Of a stretch of 64,000 bases of DNA, positions 1-8,950 are shown piece by piece. Numbering within the stretch: the stretch's first letter is position 1; every line of letters starts with the position of its first letter. The notes under the pieces are model-generated. The model saw nothing but the letters and a program-made list of their open reading frames with translations. It searched no databases and had not been told where the DNA came from. Both the position numbers and the translations under genes were made by a program. Source of the stretch: Candidatus Latescibacterota bacterium (GTDB taxonomy: Bacteria; Krumholzibacteriota; Krumholzibacteriia; WVZY01; JAKEHA01). The stretch covers positions 741,630 to 805,629 of the forward strand of contig CAVTNQ010000002.1 of NCBI GenBank assembly GCA_963736125.1. Reading direction: 5' to 3'.

Positions 1-106
1 CTACTTTCCCACCAGCTTCCACATCGTCTCGGAGCGCGTGACGGGCTACCGACTTCCCAGCCTCTACCTCGGCAACGACTTCTCCGACGTGCGCGTCGCG
101 CACTAG
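1..106 (+). CDS. C-terminal fragment of a probable peptide ABC transporter substrate-binding protein (gene starts before the window)
   Basis: Frame 2 reads YFPTSFHIVSERVTGYRLPSLYLGNDFSDVRVAH* with TAG at 104-106. It resembles OppA/DppA C-termini and lies directly upstream of DppB/C-like permeases. Confidence 0.6.
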   Translation, partial: YFPTSFHIVSERVTGYRLPSLYLGNDFSDVRVAH

Positions 107-118
107 CCAAACGCGCGA

Positions 119-147
119 TTGCAGCGCGCACGGGCCTTGGCTATGCT
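119..147 (+). promoter_or_regulatory. sigma70-type promoter, near-leaderless
   Basis: TTGCAG(119-124)-17 nt-TATGCT(142-147). ATG follows 8 nt later with no SD. Confidence 0.5.
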
Positions 148-155
148 CGCGGCCC

Positions 156-1097
156 ATGCTCGCGTACGCATTCAGGCGCATTCTGTGGTTCGTCCCGATT
201 CTACTCGGCGTCGCAACGGTGACGTTTCTCTTGCTCCACGTCTTGCCCGGAGACCCCGTGCTCAGCATGGTGGGCGAGCGCTACGACGCCGCGACCTTGG
301 AACGCCTGCGCGCCGAGATGCACCTGGATGCGCCGCTTTACGAACGCTACGGACGCTACCTCGCCGATCTGGCGCGCTTCGACTTGGGGACGTCCTACGT
401 CACCGGGGTTCCGGTGTGGGACTCGATCCGCGAGCGCTTTCCCAACACGCTGCGACTGGCCGCGGCCGCGATGGCGATCGCGGTCGCCTTCGGCGTCACC
501 ATCGGGGTTCTGGCGGCGTGGCGGCGCGGCTCCGCACTCGACTATCTCTTGGTCGGCGGTGCAGTCGTCGGCGTGTCGATACCGGTGTTTTGGCTCGGCG
601 TCTTGTTGATCTATTTCTTCTCGATGCGCCTCGGAATCCTGCCGGCGTCCGGCTTCGGCAACGGCAACCCCCTCTATGTCATCCTGCCCGCCGTGACGCT
701 CGCGATGGCGTCGACCGCGTACATCGCCCGCATCACGCGCTCGAGTGTCCTCGATGAAATCAACGAGACCTACGTGAAGGCTGCGCGCGCCAAGGGCGCA
801 GGCGAGAGTCGCGTGCTGGTGCGCCACGCGTTGCGCAACGCGCTCCTTCCCATTATCACGGTGGTCGGTGTCGACTTTGGCAGCTACTTGAGCGGTGCGG
901 TGCTGACCGAGTCGATCTTCGCTTGGCCGGGGCTCGGTCGGTTCACCCTCGACGCCATCATGAAGCGCGACCTACCCGCGATCCAAGGCGCGGTACTGTT
1001 CATGGCCATCCTCTTCATGACGGTCAATCTCCTCGTCGACCTTTTGTACGCGCGGGTCGATCCACGCGTGAAGCTCGCGCGGGGTTCAGAGACATGA
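156..1097 (+). CDS. Peptide/nickel ABC transporter permease (DppB/OppB family)
   Basis: N-terminal LPGDPV motif, EAA-loop YVKAARAKG, HALRNALLP and TESIFAWPGLG. Confidence 0.93.
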   Translation: MLAYAFRRILWFVPILLGVATVTFLLLHVLPGDPVLSMVGERYDAATLERLRAEMHLDAPLYERYGRYLADLARFDLGTSYVTGVPVWDSIRERFPNTLRLAAAAMAIAVAFGVTIGVLAAWRRGSALDYLLVGGAVVGVSIPVFWLGVLLIYFFSMRLGILPASGFGNGNPLYVILPAVTLAMASTAYIARITRSSVLDEINETYVKAARAKGAGESRVLVRHALRNALLPIITVVGVDFGSYLSGAVLTESIFAWPGLGRFTLDAIMKRDLPAIQGAVLFMAILFMTVNLLVDLLYARVDPRVKLARGSET

Positions 1098-1990
1098 CGC
1101 GCGCGAACGCCGCGCGGTCGCACGCCGAGCCGACGCGCGCGAAGCGCGCGTCGAACGCGTGGCGTCGTTTCGTGTCCCACCGCGGGGGAGTGGTGGGGAC
1201 GGTGCTGGTGGTGACGGTGGTCGCGGCGGGCGTCCTGGCGCCATGGCTTTCGCCGCACGACCCGACCGCGATCGACATGGACCACGCGCTCGAGCGCCCG
1301 AGTGCCGCGCATTTCTTCGGCACCGACGCGTTCGGACGCGACGTCCTCTCCCGCGTCGTGCACGGTGCGCGTTTTTCTCTCGAAGTGGGAGTCGTGTCGC
1401 GTCTCTTGGCTCTCGTGCTCGGCACGTGCCTCGGGTTGCTCGCCGGATACTATGGCGGTCGCGTCGACACGGTGGTCATGCGGATGGCCGACGTGACACT
1501 CGCTTACCCGGGGCTTCTCCTCCTCATCGCCGTGATGGCGGCGGTCGGTCCCAGCAAGGGCGCGCTGTTTCTCGCCCTCGGGGTCGTGGGGTGGGCGGGC
1601 GTGGCACGCCTCGTGCGTGCGCAGGTGCTGTCGCTCAGGGAGCGCGAGTTCGTGACCGCGATTCGCACGTTGGGGGCCCCCGACTCGCGCGTCATCCTGC
1701 GCCACGTATTCCCCAACGTGTTGACGCCGATCTGGGTGATCTTCTCGATGGGGCTGGGGGCCTCGATCATGGCGGAGTCGTCGCTGAGCTTTCTCGGGCT
1801 GGGCGCGCAGCCGCCGCACCCGAGTTGGGGCTCGATGATCAGCGGCGGGCTGGACTATCTTCGAGTGGCACCGTGGCTCTCGCTGGCGCCGGGGATCGTG
1901 GTGACGATGACCGTGCTCGGTTTCAACTTGATCGGCGACGCGCTTCGCGACCTCTACGACCCGAAGCTGGGACGCGCGCAACGAAGGTAA
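1094..1990 (+). CDS. Peptide/nickel ABC transporter permease (DppC/OppC family)
   Basis: ATGA overlap with the upstream stop. Motifs HFFGTDAFGRDV, EREFV and ESSLSFLGLG..PP.PSWG. Confidence 0.92.
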   Translation: MTRANAARSHAEPTRAKRASNAWRRFVSHRGGVVGTVLVVTVVAAGVLAPWLSPHDPTAIDMDHALERPSAAHFFGTDAFGRDVLSRVVHGARFSLEVGVVSRLLALVLGTCLGLLAGYYGGRVDTVVMRMADVTLAYPGLLLLIAVMAAVGPSKGALFLALGVVGWAGVARLVRAQVLSLREREFVTAIRTLGAPDSRVILRHVFPNVLTPIWVIFSMGLGASIMAESSLSFLGLGAQPPHPSWGSMISGGLDYLRVAPWLSLAPGIVVTMTVLGFNLIGDALRDLYDPKLGRAQRR

Positions 1991-1993
1991 AGC

Positions 1994-3049
1994 ATGATCC
2001 AAGAAGTAAACGACGCACTCGCCGCCGTGCTCGAAGAGCGCGGGCTCGACGCTCGCACGTGCTACGCGCGCGTGACGTCGTTGCCGCCCGACGGATGGAC
2101 GGTCGAGCTCGAGTGCAGCGACGCCAAAGTGGCGGACGAGGTGATGGCGCGGTTGCACCTCTCGCGCGACGACGCGCGCCGATTGCGCGTCGCCCGCATG
2201 CCCGGGTCGGGCGTCCCCGTCGCGATGATTATCGCGAGCAGTGTCGCCGACGTGCGTCGCGCACCGTCGCACCCGTCCGAATTGGTTTCGCAGGCGGTGA
2301 TGGGCGACCTCGTCGTACCCCTCAAGATCGACGGCGAGTGGGTCTTGGCTCGCATGGACGACGGCTACATCGGTTGGATTCGGAGCTGGCACTTGGTGGA
2401 GACGACGCCGGCTCGGCGTGAGGCCTTCGAACAGCGGGCCGCGCACCGTGTCGCAGTCAACCACTCCGAGATACTTTCGCAACCCTCCGACGAAGCACTC
2501 CCGGTGAGCGACCTCGTGATCGGAACCCCTCTGGCCGCCACGGGACCGGTGTCGGGCGGATGGCTCCCGGTCGAGCTGCCGGATGGGCGGAGGGGTTTCG
2601 TTCGCGCAGTTCACACGGAGAAACGGCCGGCTCGAACAGCGGTGTCGAGGGAACAGTTGACGGCGACCGGACTTCGCTTTCTGGGCATTCCATACCTGTG
2701 GGGCGGCTCGACGCCGAAGGGCTTCGACTGCTCCGGTCTGGTCCAGCGGATCTACCGTCTCCAGGGCCTCGTACTGCCGCGCGACTCCGATATGCAGGCC
2801 CGTTTTGGGCAGGAAAAACGGATCACTTCCCTCGACGACCTCGCTCCGGGCGACCTCCTGTTCTTCGGACGCGCGGCCCAGCGAATCACCCACGTTGCCA
2901 TGGCACTTCCGGACCGACTCTTCCTCCACGCCTACGGTCAAGTTCGTGTGAATTCAGTCGATCCCGCCCACCCCCTGTTCGAGCCCAGCCTCGCCCACGA
3001 CTGGCGTCTGACCCGCGATCCGTTGGCGGGAATACAGAAAAACGCCTGA
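1994..3049 (+). CDS. SH3 + NlpC/P60 (C40) peptidase, YkfC-like gamma-D-glutamyl endopeptidase
   Basis: GIPYLWGG..GFDCSG catalytic Cys motif, THVAM and LHA histidines, and two SH3b-like segments (ELVSQAVMGD..DGYIGWI; WLPVELPDGRRGFV). Confidence 0.88.
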   Translation: MIQEVNDALAAVLEERGLDARTCYARVTSLPPDGWTVELECSDAKVADEVMARLHLSRDDARRLRVARMPGSGVPVAMIIASSVADVRRAPSHPSELVSQAVMGDLVVPLKIDGEWVLARMDDGYIGWIRSWHLVETTPARREAFEQRAAHRVAVNHSEILSQPSDEALPVSDLVIGTPLAATGPVSGGWLPVELPDGRRGFVRAVHTEKRPARTAVSREQLTATGLRFLGIPYLWGGSTPKGFDCSGLVQRIYRLQGLVLPRDSDMQARFGQEKRITSLDDLAPGDLLFFGRAAQRITHVAMALPDRLFLHAYGQVRVNSVDPAHPLFEPSLAHDWRLTRDPLAGIQKNA

Positions 3050-3103
3050 GAACGCCCCGTTTTCCGGGGCGTGAATCGTTTCTCGAGGCCCCCAAAAAGA
3101 ATG

Positions 3104-3133
3104 TTGACACGTTTTGGCAGCCGCCGATAAATT
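3104..3133 (+). promoter_or_regulatory. sigma70-type promoter for the outer-membrane protein gene
   Basis: TTGACA(3104-3109)-18 nt-TAAATT(3128-3133), with an A-tract (CAAAAAGAA) upstream. Confidence 0.6.
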
Positions 3134-3139
3134 TCGCCC

Positions 3140-3463
3140 TCAAAGCTGGAAGCGTCCCAATTTGGGGCGCTTCCCCGGGAGCTTCTGCCCGCGAGGCGGG
3201 TGCCGGAAGACGTACCGGGGGGCGTGGGCCGAAGGGCCGCGCGATTGATGACTCGTAGGGCGGCAGCCACGGCCGCCTGCCGGAAGTACCTTCGTAAGGA
3301 GGTGATGGGCTCGGGTAATTGATCGACGCGCCCGCAAGGCGCACTGCCCCAACGGAGCACCCGTCAGGGCGTTCGTTGAAGAAAGCCGATATTAACGGGA
3401 ATGGGGGCCGGTGGTGACCGGCGAATGATCGGTATAACGCCATTCCCACCAGAGGAGGTCAAA
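3140..3463 (+). ncRNA. Long multi-hairpin 5' leader, candidate cis-regulatory RNA (unassigned)
   Basis: A series of stem-loops at 3148-3174, 3185-3200, 3222-3242, 3259-3277, 3288-3303, 3328-3342 and 3397-3447. Three are capped by GNRA loops. No credible CDS is present. Confidence 0.5.
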
Positions 3464-4753
3464 ATGTTGAAGAACTGGAGCAGAATTGCTCTGGCTTCGG
3501 TCTTAGTGCTAATGGTTGGTGTGGTGGTCGCGAACGCGACCACCTCGCGAGTTCGGTCGCTGGCCAACGTCGGCGACTACATCAGTGACGATTCAGCCGT
3601 GAATCGTTGGTACAGCACGCTGGTTTCGTTTGGTAACCAGGTCAACGCCGAAATGGGCGACTGGACCAACACCGACCTGACGGATTCGCGCGGGCTGGGC
3701 TGGAACCTGACGTGCGGCGAAGACGGCAAGTGGGGCACGTATCGTGTCACGCTGGACGAATCTTCGTTGAGCCAGCCGGGTTTCTGGATTGGCAACCCGT
3801 TTTACCAGAACCAGGCTCCCCAAGACTTGGGGTTCCCGGCTGGTAGCATCGATCCCCCGTACAACAACACGCCGCTGAACCGTTGGGACATTGCGGGTGC
3901 CTGGGAAATCGGTGACGCATTCGCGGTGGGTGCTTCCATCACGCAGTCGAAGTGGTTTGTCGACGACGCTGCCACCCCCTTCAAGTCGGACAACAGCTGG
4001 CTGGTGTTGGGGCTTGGTGGCACGTGGACGAACAACGACAACATGGTCCTCGATGTCTTGTTCAACTTCGGCAACGCCGGTGGCAAGACCGAAGCTGCTG
4101 GCGTGACCACCGAATGGGATAGCGGTAGCGCGTATGAGTTCGCGGGCCGCCTGTTCTGGGATTGGAAAGACAACATCACGCTGGTTCCGGTGTTCGACTA
4201 CGCGGCGGCGGATTACAGCCTGAAGTCGAGCGCGGGTCCGTTGGCGACGCCCAACGGTCAGAAGACGAGCAACGTCATGCTGGGTGTGGGCCTCAACATG
4301 GATGTCAACCAGGACAACATGTTGGTGTTCGCGCTCGAGTGGGCGGACAACAAGTCCGAGTACTCCAACCCGGACAACACCGCGCCGGCTGCAATTGCCA
4401 AGGCCAGTGTCACCTACATGCCGACGCTGCGTTTGGCCCTGGAGTCGGATATCACGCCGTGGCTCACGACTCGCATCGGTGCTGCGAAGTACGTCGGGAC
4501 GTTGAACCTCGAGAACCAGGCGGGTCAGGAGCTCAAGACCGGTCCCGGCACGCCGGGTTTCGCGACACCCAACGGGTTCGATTGGTTCCTCGGTTGCGGC
4601 TTCAACTTCGCCGAGTGGACGGTCGATATGGAACTCGCGAGCGAGACTCCGTTCGGCTTGGGCTACTGGCTGACCGGTTACAATCAGATTTGGGATTCGA
4701 CGTCGGGCGGCTTTGGGCCTGTCGGTCGCATCTCGGCGGTCTACAACTACTAG
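3464..4753 (+). CDS. Putative major outer-membrane beta-barrel protein/porin
   Basis: SD GAGGAGGT at 3452-3459, Sec signal ending ANA, alternating amphipathic W/F/Y-rich beta strands, and a C-terminal aromatic signature (ISAVYNY). Codon usage (GGT, GCT, GTT) differs from neighbours, as seen in highly expressed genes. Confidence 0.72.
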   Translation: MLKNWSRIALASVLVLMVGVVVANATTSRVRSLANVGDYISDDSAVNRWYSTLVSFGNQVNAEMGDWTNTDLTDSRGLGWNLTCGEDGKWGTYRVTLDESSLSQPGFWIGNPFYQNQAPQDLGFPAGSIDPPYNNTPLNRWDIAGAWEIGDAFAVGASITQSKWFVDDAATPFKSDNSWLVLGLGGTWTNNDNMVLDVLFNFGNAGGKTEAAGVTTEWDSGSAYEFAGRLFWDWKDNITLVPVFDYAAADYSLKSSAGPLATPNGQKTSNVMLGVGLNMDVNQDNMLVFALEWADNKSEYSNPDNTAPAAIAKASVTYMPTLRLALESDITPWLTTRIGAAKYVGTLNLENQAGQELKTGPGTPGFATPNGFDWFLGCGFNFAEWTVDMELASETPFGLGYWLTGYNQIWDSTSGGFGPVGRISAVYNY

Positions 4754-4782
4754 TAGAACGCCGGGTTCAAACCCAATTGTCC

Positions 4783-4821
4783 GACGCGGCTCCTTCGCAG
4801 GAAGGGGCCGCGTCTTTTTTT
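4783..4821 (+). terminator. Rho-independent terminator
   Basis: GACGCGGCTCCTTC-GCAG-GAAGGGGCCGCGTC followed by T7. Confidence 0.9.
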
Positions 4822-4983
4822 GCTCCGACTTGGTGATCTACCCCGACTCCGCGCGTCTTCGACGCGTGCGCGCTTCCCGTCGTTCCTCATCGCTCCTCGT
4901 CGATGGCCTCGCGCGGGGCTTGGAACTTGCACAACCAGAGATGACGAATCCGGACGTTCGCAGCACTTCGGTGCCCGCGGGCG

Positions 4984-6213
4984 ATGCATCGCATGTACTT
5001 CTTCTACTACTTTCCGGTCGGTATCGACGCCGAGGTGCGTCGGATTCCGGTGATCACGATTTCGTGCGCCGCGCTGTGCACGCTCGTGTTCGTGCTGCAC
5101 AAGTTCTTTTCCACTTCGGTCCCGCTCGACTTTCGCAATTACATCTACTTTCCCGGTTACTCGAATTTGGGGCCGGCCGTCGCGGCCGCGTTTCTCCACT
5201 TCGACTACTTGCACATCATCACCAATCTCATGTATCTGGTGCTGTTCGGGCGTTACTTGGAAGACCGCTTGGGGACGTTGGGATTCGCGCTCGTTTTCTT
5301 TGGCGCTGCGCTGGTCGGGAACGTCCTCCAGGGTTGGTACAACGTTTACATGCTCCACACCCACGCCGGCATCATCGGCGCATCGGGTGGGGTGTCCGGC
5401 GTGCTCGGCGCGTTCCTGGTGCGTCTGCGCCACCACCGCGTCAAGATCGCGTACTGGGTGTTCGCTCCCCTGCTCGCCACCACCAAGGCGGGCAAGTCGG
5501 AGCTCCACGCCGTGGCGGCGATCGGACTGTGGGTGCTGATCCAAGTCGTGCGCGGGCTGGTGCAACTCGAAGGAGCGGCGGCGAACGTCGCCTACGTGAC
5601 GCACATCGCCGGGTTCACGTTCGGCGTGACGGTGGCGGTCGTGACCGGCGGCTGGGCGCAAGGACGCGTCGACGGTCACATGCTCAAGGCCCGACGCAGC
5701 CTTCGCCGGGGCGATTTCTACGGCGCGCTCGACGAGCTCGAGCACTACGCGGTCGCGCGTCCGACGGACGGAGAAGCACACGTGGCACTGGCGCGCGCGC
5801 GCGTGCAGTGCAGCGACCACGCCGGCGCGCGAACGAGCTACGCGAATGCGTGCGAGTGCTTCCTCGCGGCCGGCCGACGCGGCGACGCCGAACGGGTCTA
5901 TCAAGAGGCCTCGCGATCGCTGCCGGAGTTCGTCCTCTCGCCGGGGCGCCACCTCGACTTGTGCTTCGGACTCGAGCGAAATCTCAAGGGCGACGTCGCA
6001 ATTCGCGCGTATGAGAGCTTCGTACGGACCTGCCACGACCACCCGGAGGCCGCCTTCGCCCTGTTGCGAGCCGCCAATCTGCACGCCAAGCGCGGCGACC
6101 TCGCTCGCGCCCGCACCTGCTACGAGACCATCCCGCTTCGATACCCCGAGGATACCTGGGCGGAGTTCGCCGCCGAGCACGCCCGACGTCTTTCGCTGGC
6201 CACCCAAGGCTAG
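4984..6213 (+). CDS. Rhomboid intramembrane serine protease with C-terminal TPR-like domain
   Basis: FLHFDYLHIITN, GASGG (catalytic Ser) and THIAG (catalytic His), then a helical TPR-like C-terminus. Confidence 0.85.
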   Translation: MHRMYFFYYFPVGIDAEVRRIPVITISCAALCTLVFVLHKFFSTSVPLDFRNYIYFPGYSNLGPAVAAAFLHFDYLHIITNLMYLVLFGRYLEDRLGTLGFALVFFGAALVGNVLQGWYNVYMLHTHAGIIGASGGVSGVLGAFLVRLRHHRVKIAYWVFAPLLATTKAGKSELHAVAAIGLWVLIQVVRGLVQLEGAAANVAYVTHIAGFTFGVTVAVVTGGWAQGRVDGHMLKARRSLRRGDFYGALDELEHYAVARPTDGEAHVALARARVQCSDHAGARTSYANACECFLAAGRRGDAERVYQEASRSLPEFVLSPGRHLDLCFGLERNLKGDVAIRAYESFVRTCHDHPEAAFALLRAANLHAKRGDLARARTCYETIPLRYPEDTWAEFAAEHARRLSLATQG

Positions 6214-6329
6214 CCGCTGGCCGCCCGCCCGCCCAAGTCGGTAATAATCTTGCCATTGCATCGGTCGCGGTGGTAGCCTGCGCGCGTCCATGGGTTGGTT
6301 TGCGGGCGGAAAATGGGAGGTGGAGGAGG

Positions 6330-7013
6330 ATGGGAAGAGGGGGAAGGAGGGGCATTCCGTCGAGCGACCGACCGCGTGAGCGGCTGTATACGCGCGGCGC
6401 GGCGGAGCTTTCGCTGCAGGAACTTCTCGCGATCGTCATCGGGGGAGGCTCGCGCGAAAAGAGCGCGCTCGTACTGGCGCTAGGTTTGCTTGGGGAGTTC
6501 GGGGATCTGGTGGTGATGGGGCGGGCCGGCGTCGACGAGATGCGCCGGGTGCCCGGAATCGGGTTCGCCCGCGCGTGTCAGTTGACGGCCGCTTTCGAGT
6601 TGGGCAAGCGCTTCGCCAGAGAGTCGCGATCGGCCGGGACGTCCGTGCGCGCGCCGCGCGACATCGCGCGCATGTTCATGGACGAAATGAAGGACTATGA
6701 TCGCGAGCATTTCAAGGCGGCGTTCCTGAACACGAAAAACCAGATCATCAAGGTCGTCACAGTGTCGATCGGTTCGCTCAACGCGTCGATCGTGCACCCG
6801 CGCGAAATCTTGAAGCCCGCGATCGCCGCGAGTGCCGCGTCCATCGTCTTGGTCCACAACCATCCGACGGGCGATCCGACCCCGAGTCGCGAGGACGTCG
6901 AGTTCACGCGCCGCTTCGCGAAGTGCGGCGAGCTGATCGGGATCGAATTGCTCGATCACATCGTCATCGGTGCGGATCGGTTCCAGAGTCTCAAAGAAGC
7001 GGGGCACTTCTAG
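6330..7013 (+). CDS. radC: RadC family JAB-domain protein
   Basis: RPRERL start, HhH motif VPGIG, VHPRE and [19 protein letters not shown]. Sits upstream of mreB as is typical. Confidence 0.93.
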   Translation: MGRGGRRGIPSSDRPRERLYTRGAAELSLQELLAIVIGGGSREKSALVLALGLLGEFGDLVVMGRAGVDEMRRVPGIGFARACQLTAAFELGKRFARESRSAGTSVRAPRDIARMFMDEMKDYDREHFKAAFLNTKNQIIKVVTVSIGSLNASIVHPREILKPAIAASAASIVLVHNHPTGDPTPSREDVEFTRRFAKCGELIGIELLDHIVIGADRFQSLKEAGHF

Positions 7014-7042
7014 TCCGTTTTCCGTTTTTTGGGAGTTTAGTA

Positions 7043-8083
7043 ATGTCGGTATTTTCCAGACTTTCGAATTACCTCACCAACGACGTCGCCATCGACCTCG
7101 GCACCGCCAACACGCTGGTGTTCGTGAAGGGCAACGGCATCGTGCTGAACGAGCCGTCCGTGGTGGCGGTCGACCAGCGCACCAAGAAGGTCTTTGCGGT
7201 CGGCCTCGAGGCCAAGACCATGCTGGGCAAGACGCCCGAGTACATCAACGCCATCCGTCCCATGAAGGACGGCGTCATCGCGGACTTCGAAATTACCGAG
7301 ATGATGCTGCGCGAGTTCATCCGGAAATCGCAGAAGAAGAAACACTTCATTCGCCCGCGCATCGTGATCGCGGTGCCGTCGGGAATCACCGAAGTGGAAA
7401 AGCGCGCGGTGCGCGACTCCGCCGAGCACGCGGGTGCCCGCGAAGTATTCCTGATCGCGGAGCCGATCGCGGCCGCCATCGGTGTGGGGCTTCCCGTGGA
7501 CAAGCCGTCCGGCAACATGATCATCGACATCGGCGGCGGGACGACCGAAATCGCCGTCATCGCGCTCGACGGTATCGTGGCCGATAGCTCGATCCGTGTG
7601 GCCGGCGACGAGCTCGACGACGCCATCGTCAACTACGTGAAACGCACATACAACATGCTGATCGGCGAGCAGACCGCGGAGCAAATCAAGATGAAGATCG
7701 GCTGCGCGATCAAGATGGACAAGCCCTACGAGATGGAGATCAAGGGGCGCGACCTCGTGGCCGGCATCCCCAAGAATCTACGCCTCACCAGCGAGGAGAT
7801 TCGCGAAGCCATCAGCGAGCCGATCTCGCAAATCGTGGAGGCCTTGAAGAACGCGCTCGAGCAAACCCCGCCCGAGCTCGCGGCCGACATCGTCGACCGC
7901 GGCATCGTCATGACCGGCGGGGGGGCGATGCTGAAGGGTCTCGACCAACTCTTGAAGAGGGAGACGGGCCTGCCGATCAACGTCGTGGACGATCCCTTGC
8001 TTTGCGTCGTGCTCGGCGCGGGCAAAGTGCTCGACAACATCCACGAGTACGATCGGGTCTTGATGCACAGCTCGCGCGATTAG
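7043..8083 (+). CDS. mreB: Rod shape-determining protein MreB
   Basis: [34 protein letters not shown] and TPPELAADI. Confidence 0.98.
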   Translation: MSVFSRLSNYLTNDVAIDLGTANTLVFVKGNGIVLNEPSVVAVDQRTKKVFAVGLEAKTMLGKTPEYINAIRPMKDGVIADFEITEMMLREFIRKSQKKKHFIRPRIVIAVPSGITEVEKRAVRDSAEHAGAREVFLIAEPIAAAIGVGLPVDKPSGNMIIDIGGGTTEIAVIALDGIVADSSIRVAGDELDDAIVNYVKRTYNMLIGEQTAEQIKMKIGCAIKMDKPYEMEIKGRDLVAGIPKNLRLTSEEIREAISEPISQIVEALKNALEQTPPELAADIVDRGIVMTGGGAMLKGLDQLLKRETGLPINVVDDPLLCVVLGAGKVLDNIHEYDRVLMHSSRD

Positions 8084-8086
8084 CGT

Positions 8087-8950
8087 ATGCAGCTGTACGA
8101 GGCCGTCTTCCACAAACACCGCGACCGCACGGTTCTCGCCGTCCTCATCGCCGCTTCCTTCGGGCTGTTGTCGCTGCCGGAAACCCGGCAGCTCGACTTC
8201 GCGCGCGCCCTCCTGGGCCGCGTCATGCGGCCCGCCCAGCGCGCCGCGGATTTGATCGACGACTACTCCGCGGTGCGCGCGGAGAACGAACGCTTGCGCC
8301 GCATGCTGGCCACCTTGGAACTCGAGCGCGGGCGCCTGCTGCAATTTCGCGACGAGCGCGAGCGACTGCGGCGCCTCGCCGAATTCAAAGAAGAACAAAC
8401 CTATCGCCTGGTACCGGCCGAAGTGATCGGCCGCGATTTCGATCGCATTCAGACCAGCCTGGTCATCGACAAGGGTTCGCGCGAAGGACTGCGCGAGCGC
8501 ATGCCGGTGTTCTCGTACGACGGATTGGTTGGCAGCTTGTCGCACGTCGAGGAGCAGTCGGCGTGGGTGCAGCTGTTGTCGAGCAAGAACCACCCCGTGA
8601 GTTGCATCGACAAGCGCAGCCGCGTGGTCGGCGTGCTGGAGTGGCGGTACCGCAACAATTTCGAGCTCAAGCACGTGAGCGCGGTGGAAGACGTCGCGGT
8701 GGGCGACACCCTCCTGACCAGCGGTTTTGGCGGAACCATTCCGAAAGGCTTCACGGTTGCTATTGTGGTGCGCGCCGCCGCGTCGACCGACGGGTTGTCG
8801 CTGCGCGTCGACGCGCGCAGCCCGGTGGACTTCATGTCGCTCGAAGAAGTGTTCGTGATGACCGAAGAGATGCCGTGGGATCGCTCCCTGTTCTACGACG
8901 AAGCCGACACGTCGCTCATGCGCGACGTGCTCCAAAAGGCGCGACGATGA
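8087..8950 (+). CDS. mreC: Rod shape-determining protein MreC
   Basis: N-terminal TM, coiled coil (ENERLR), IDKGS..G and GDTLLTSGFGG.IPKG. Follows mreB. Confidence 0.92.
   Translation: MQLYEAVFHKHRDRTVLAVLIAASFGLLSLPETRQLDFARALLGRVMRPAQRAADLIDDYSAVRAENERLRRMLATLELERGRLLQFRDERERLRRLAEFKEEQTYRLVPAEVIGRDFDRIQTSLVIDKGSREGLRERMPVFSYDGLVGSLSHVEEQSAWVQLLSSKNHPVSCIDKRSRVVGVLEWRYRNNFELKHVSAVEDVAVGDTLLTSGFGGTIPKGFTVAIVVRAAASTDGLSLRVDARSPVDFMSLEEVFVMTEEMPWDRSLFYDEADTSLMRDVLQKARR

Noticed and set aside
3140-3463. Identification of the porin leader as tmRNA, RNase P RNA, SRP RNA, 6S RNA or a c-di-GMP/cobalamin riboswitch
   Set aside because: Diagnostic motifs are absent (tRNA-like ends with a T-loop, GAGGAAAGUCC, the SRP CAGG..GGAAGCAG loop, GGCAAAC..GACGCAAAG). 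It is kept only as an unassigned structured leader.
6330-7013. radC as a marker of a mobile element or anti-defence gene
   Set aside because: It is the full-length HhH+JAB form in the conserved chromosomal radC-mreBCD context.
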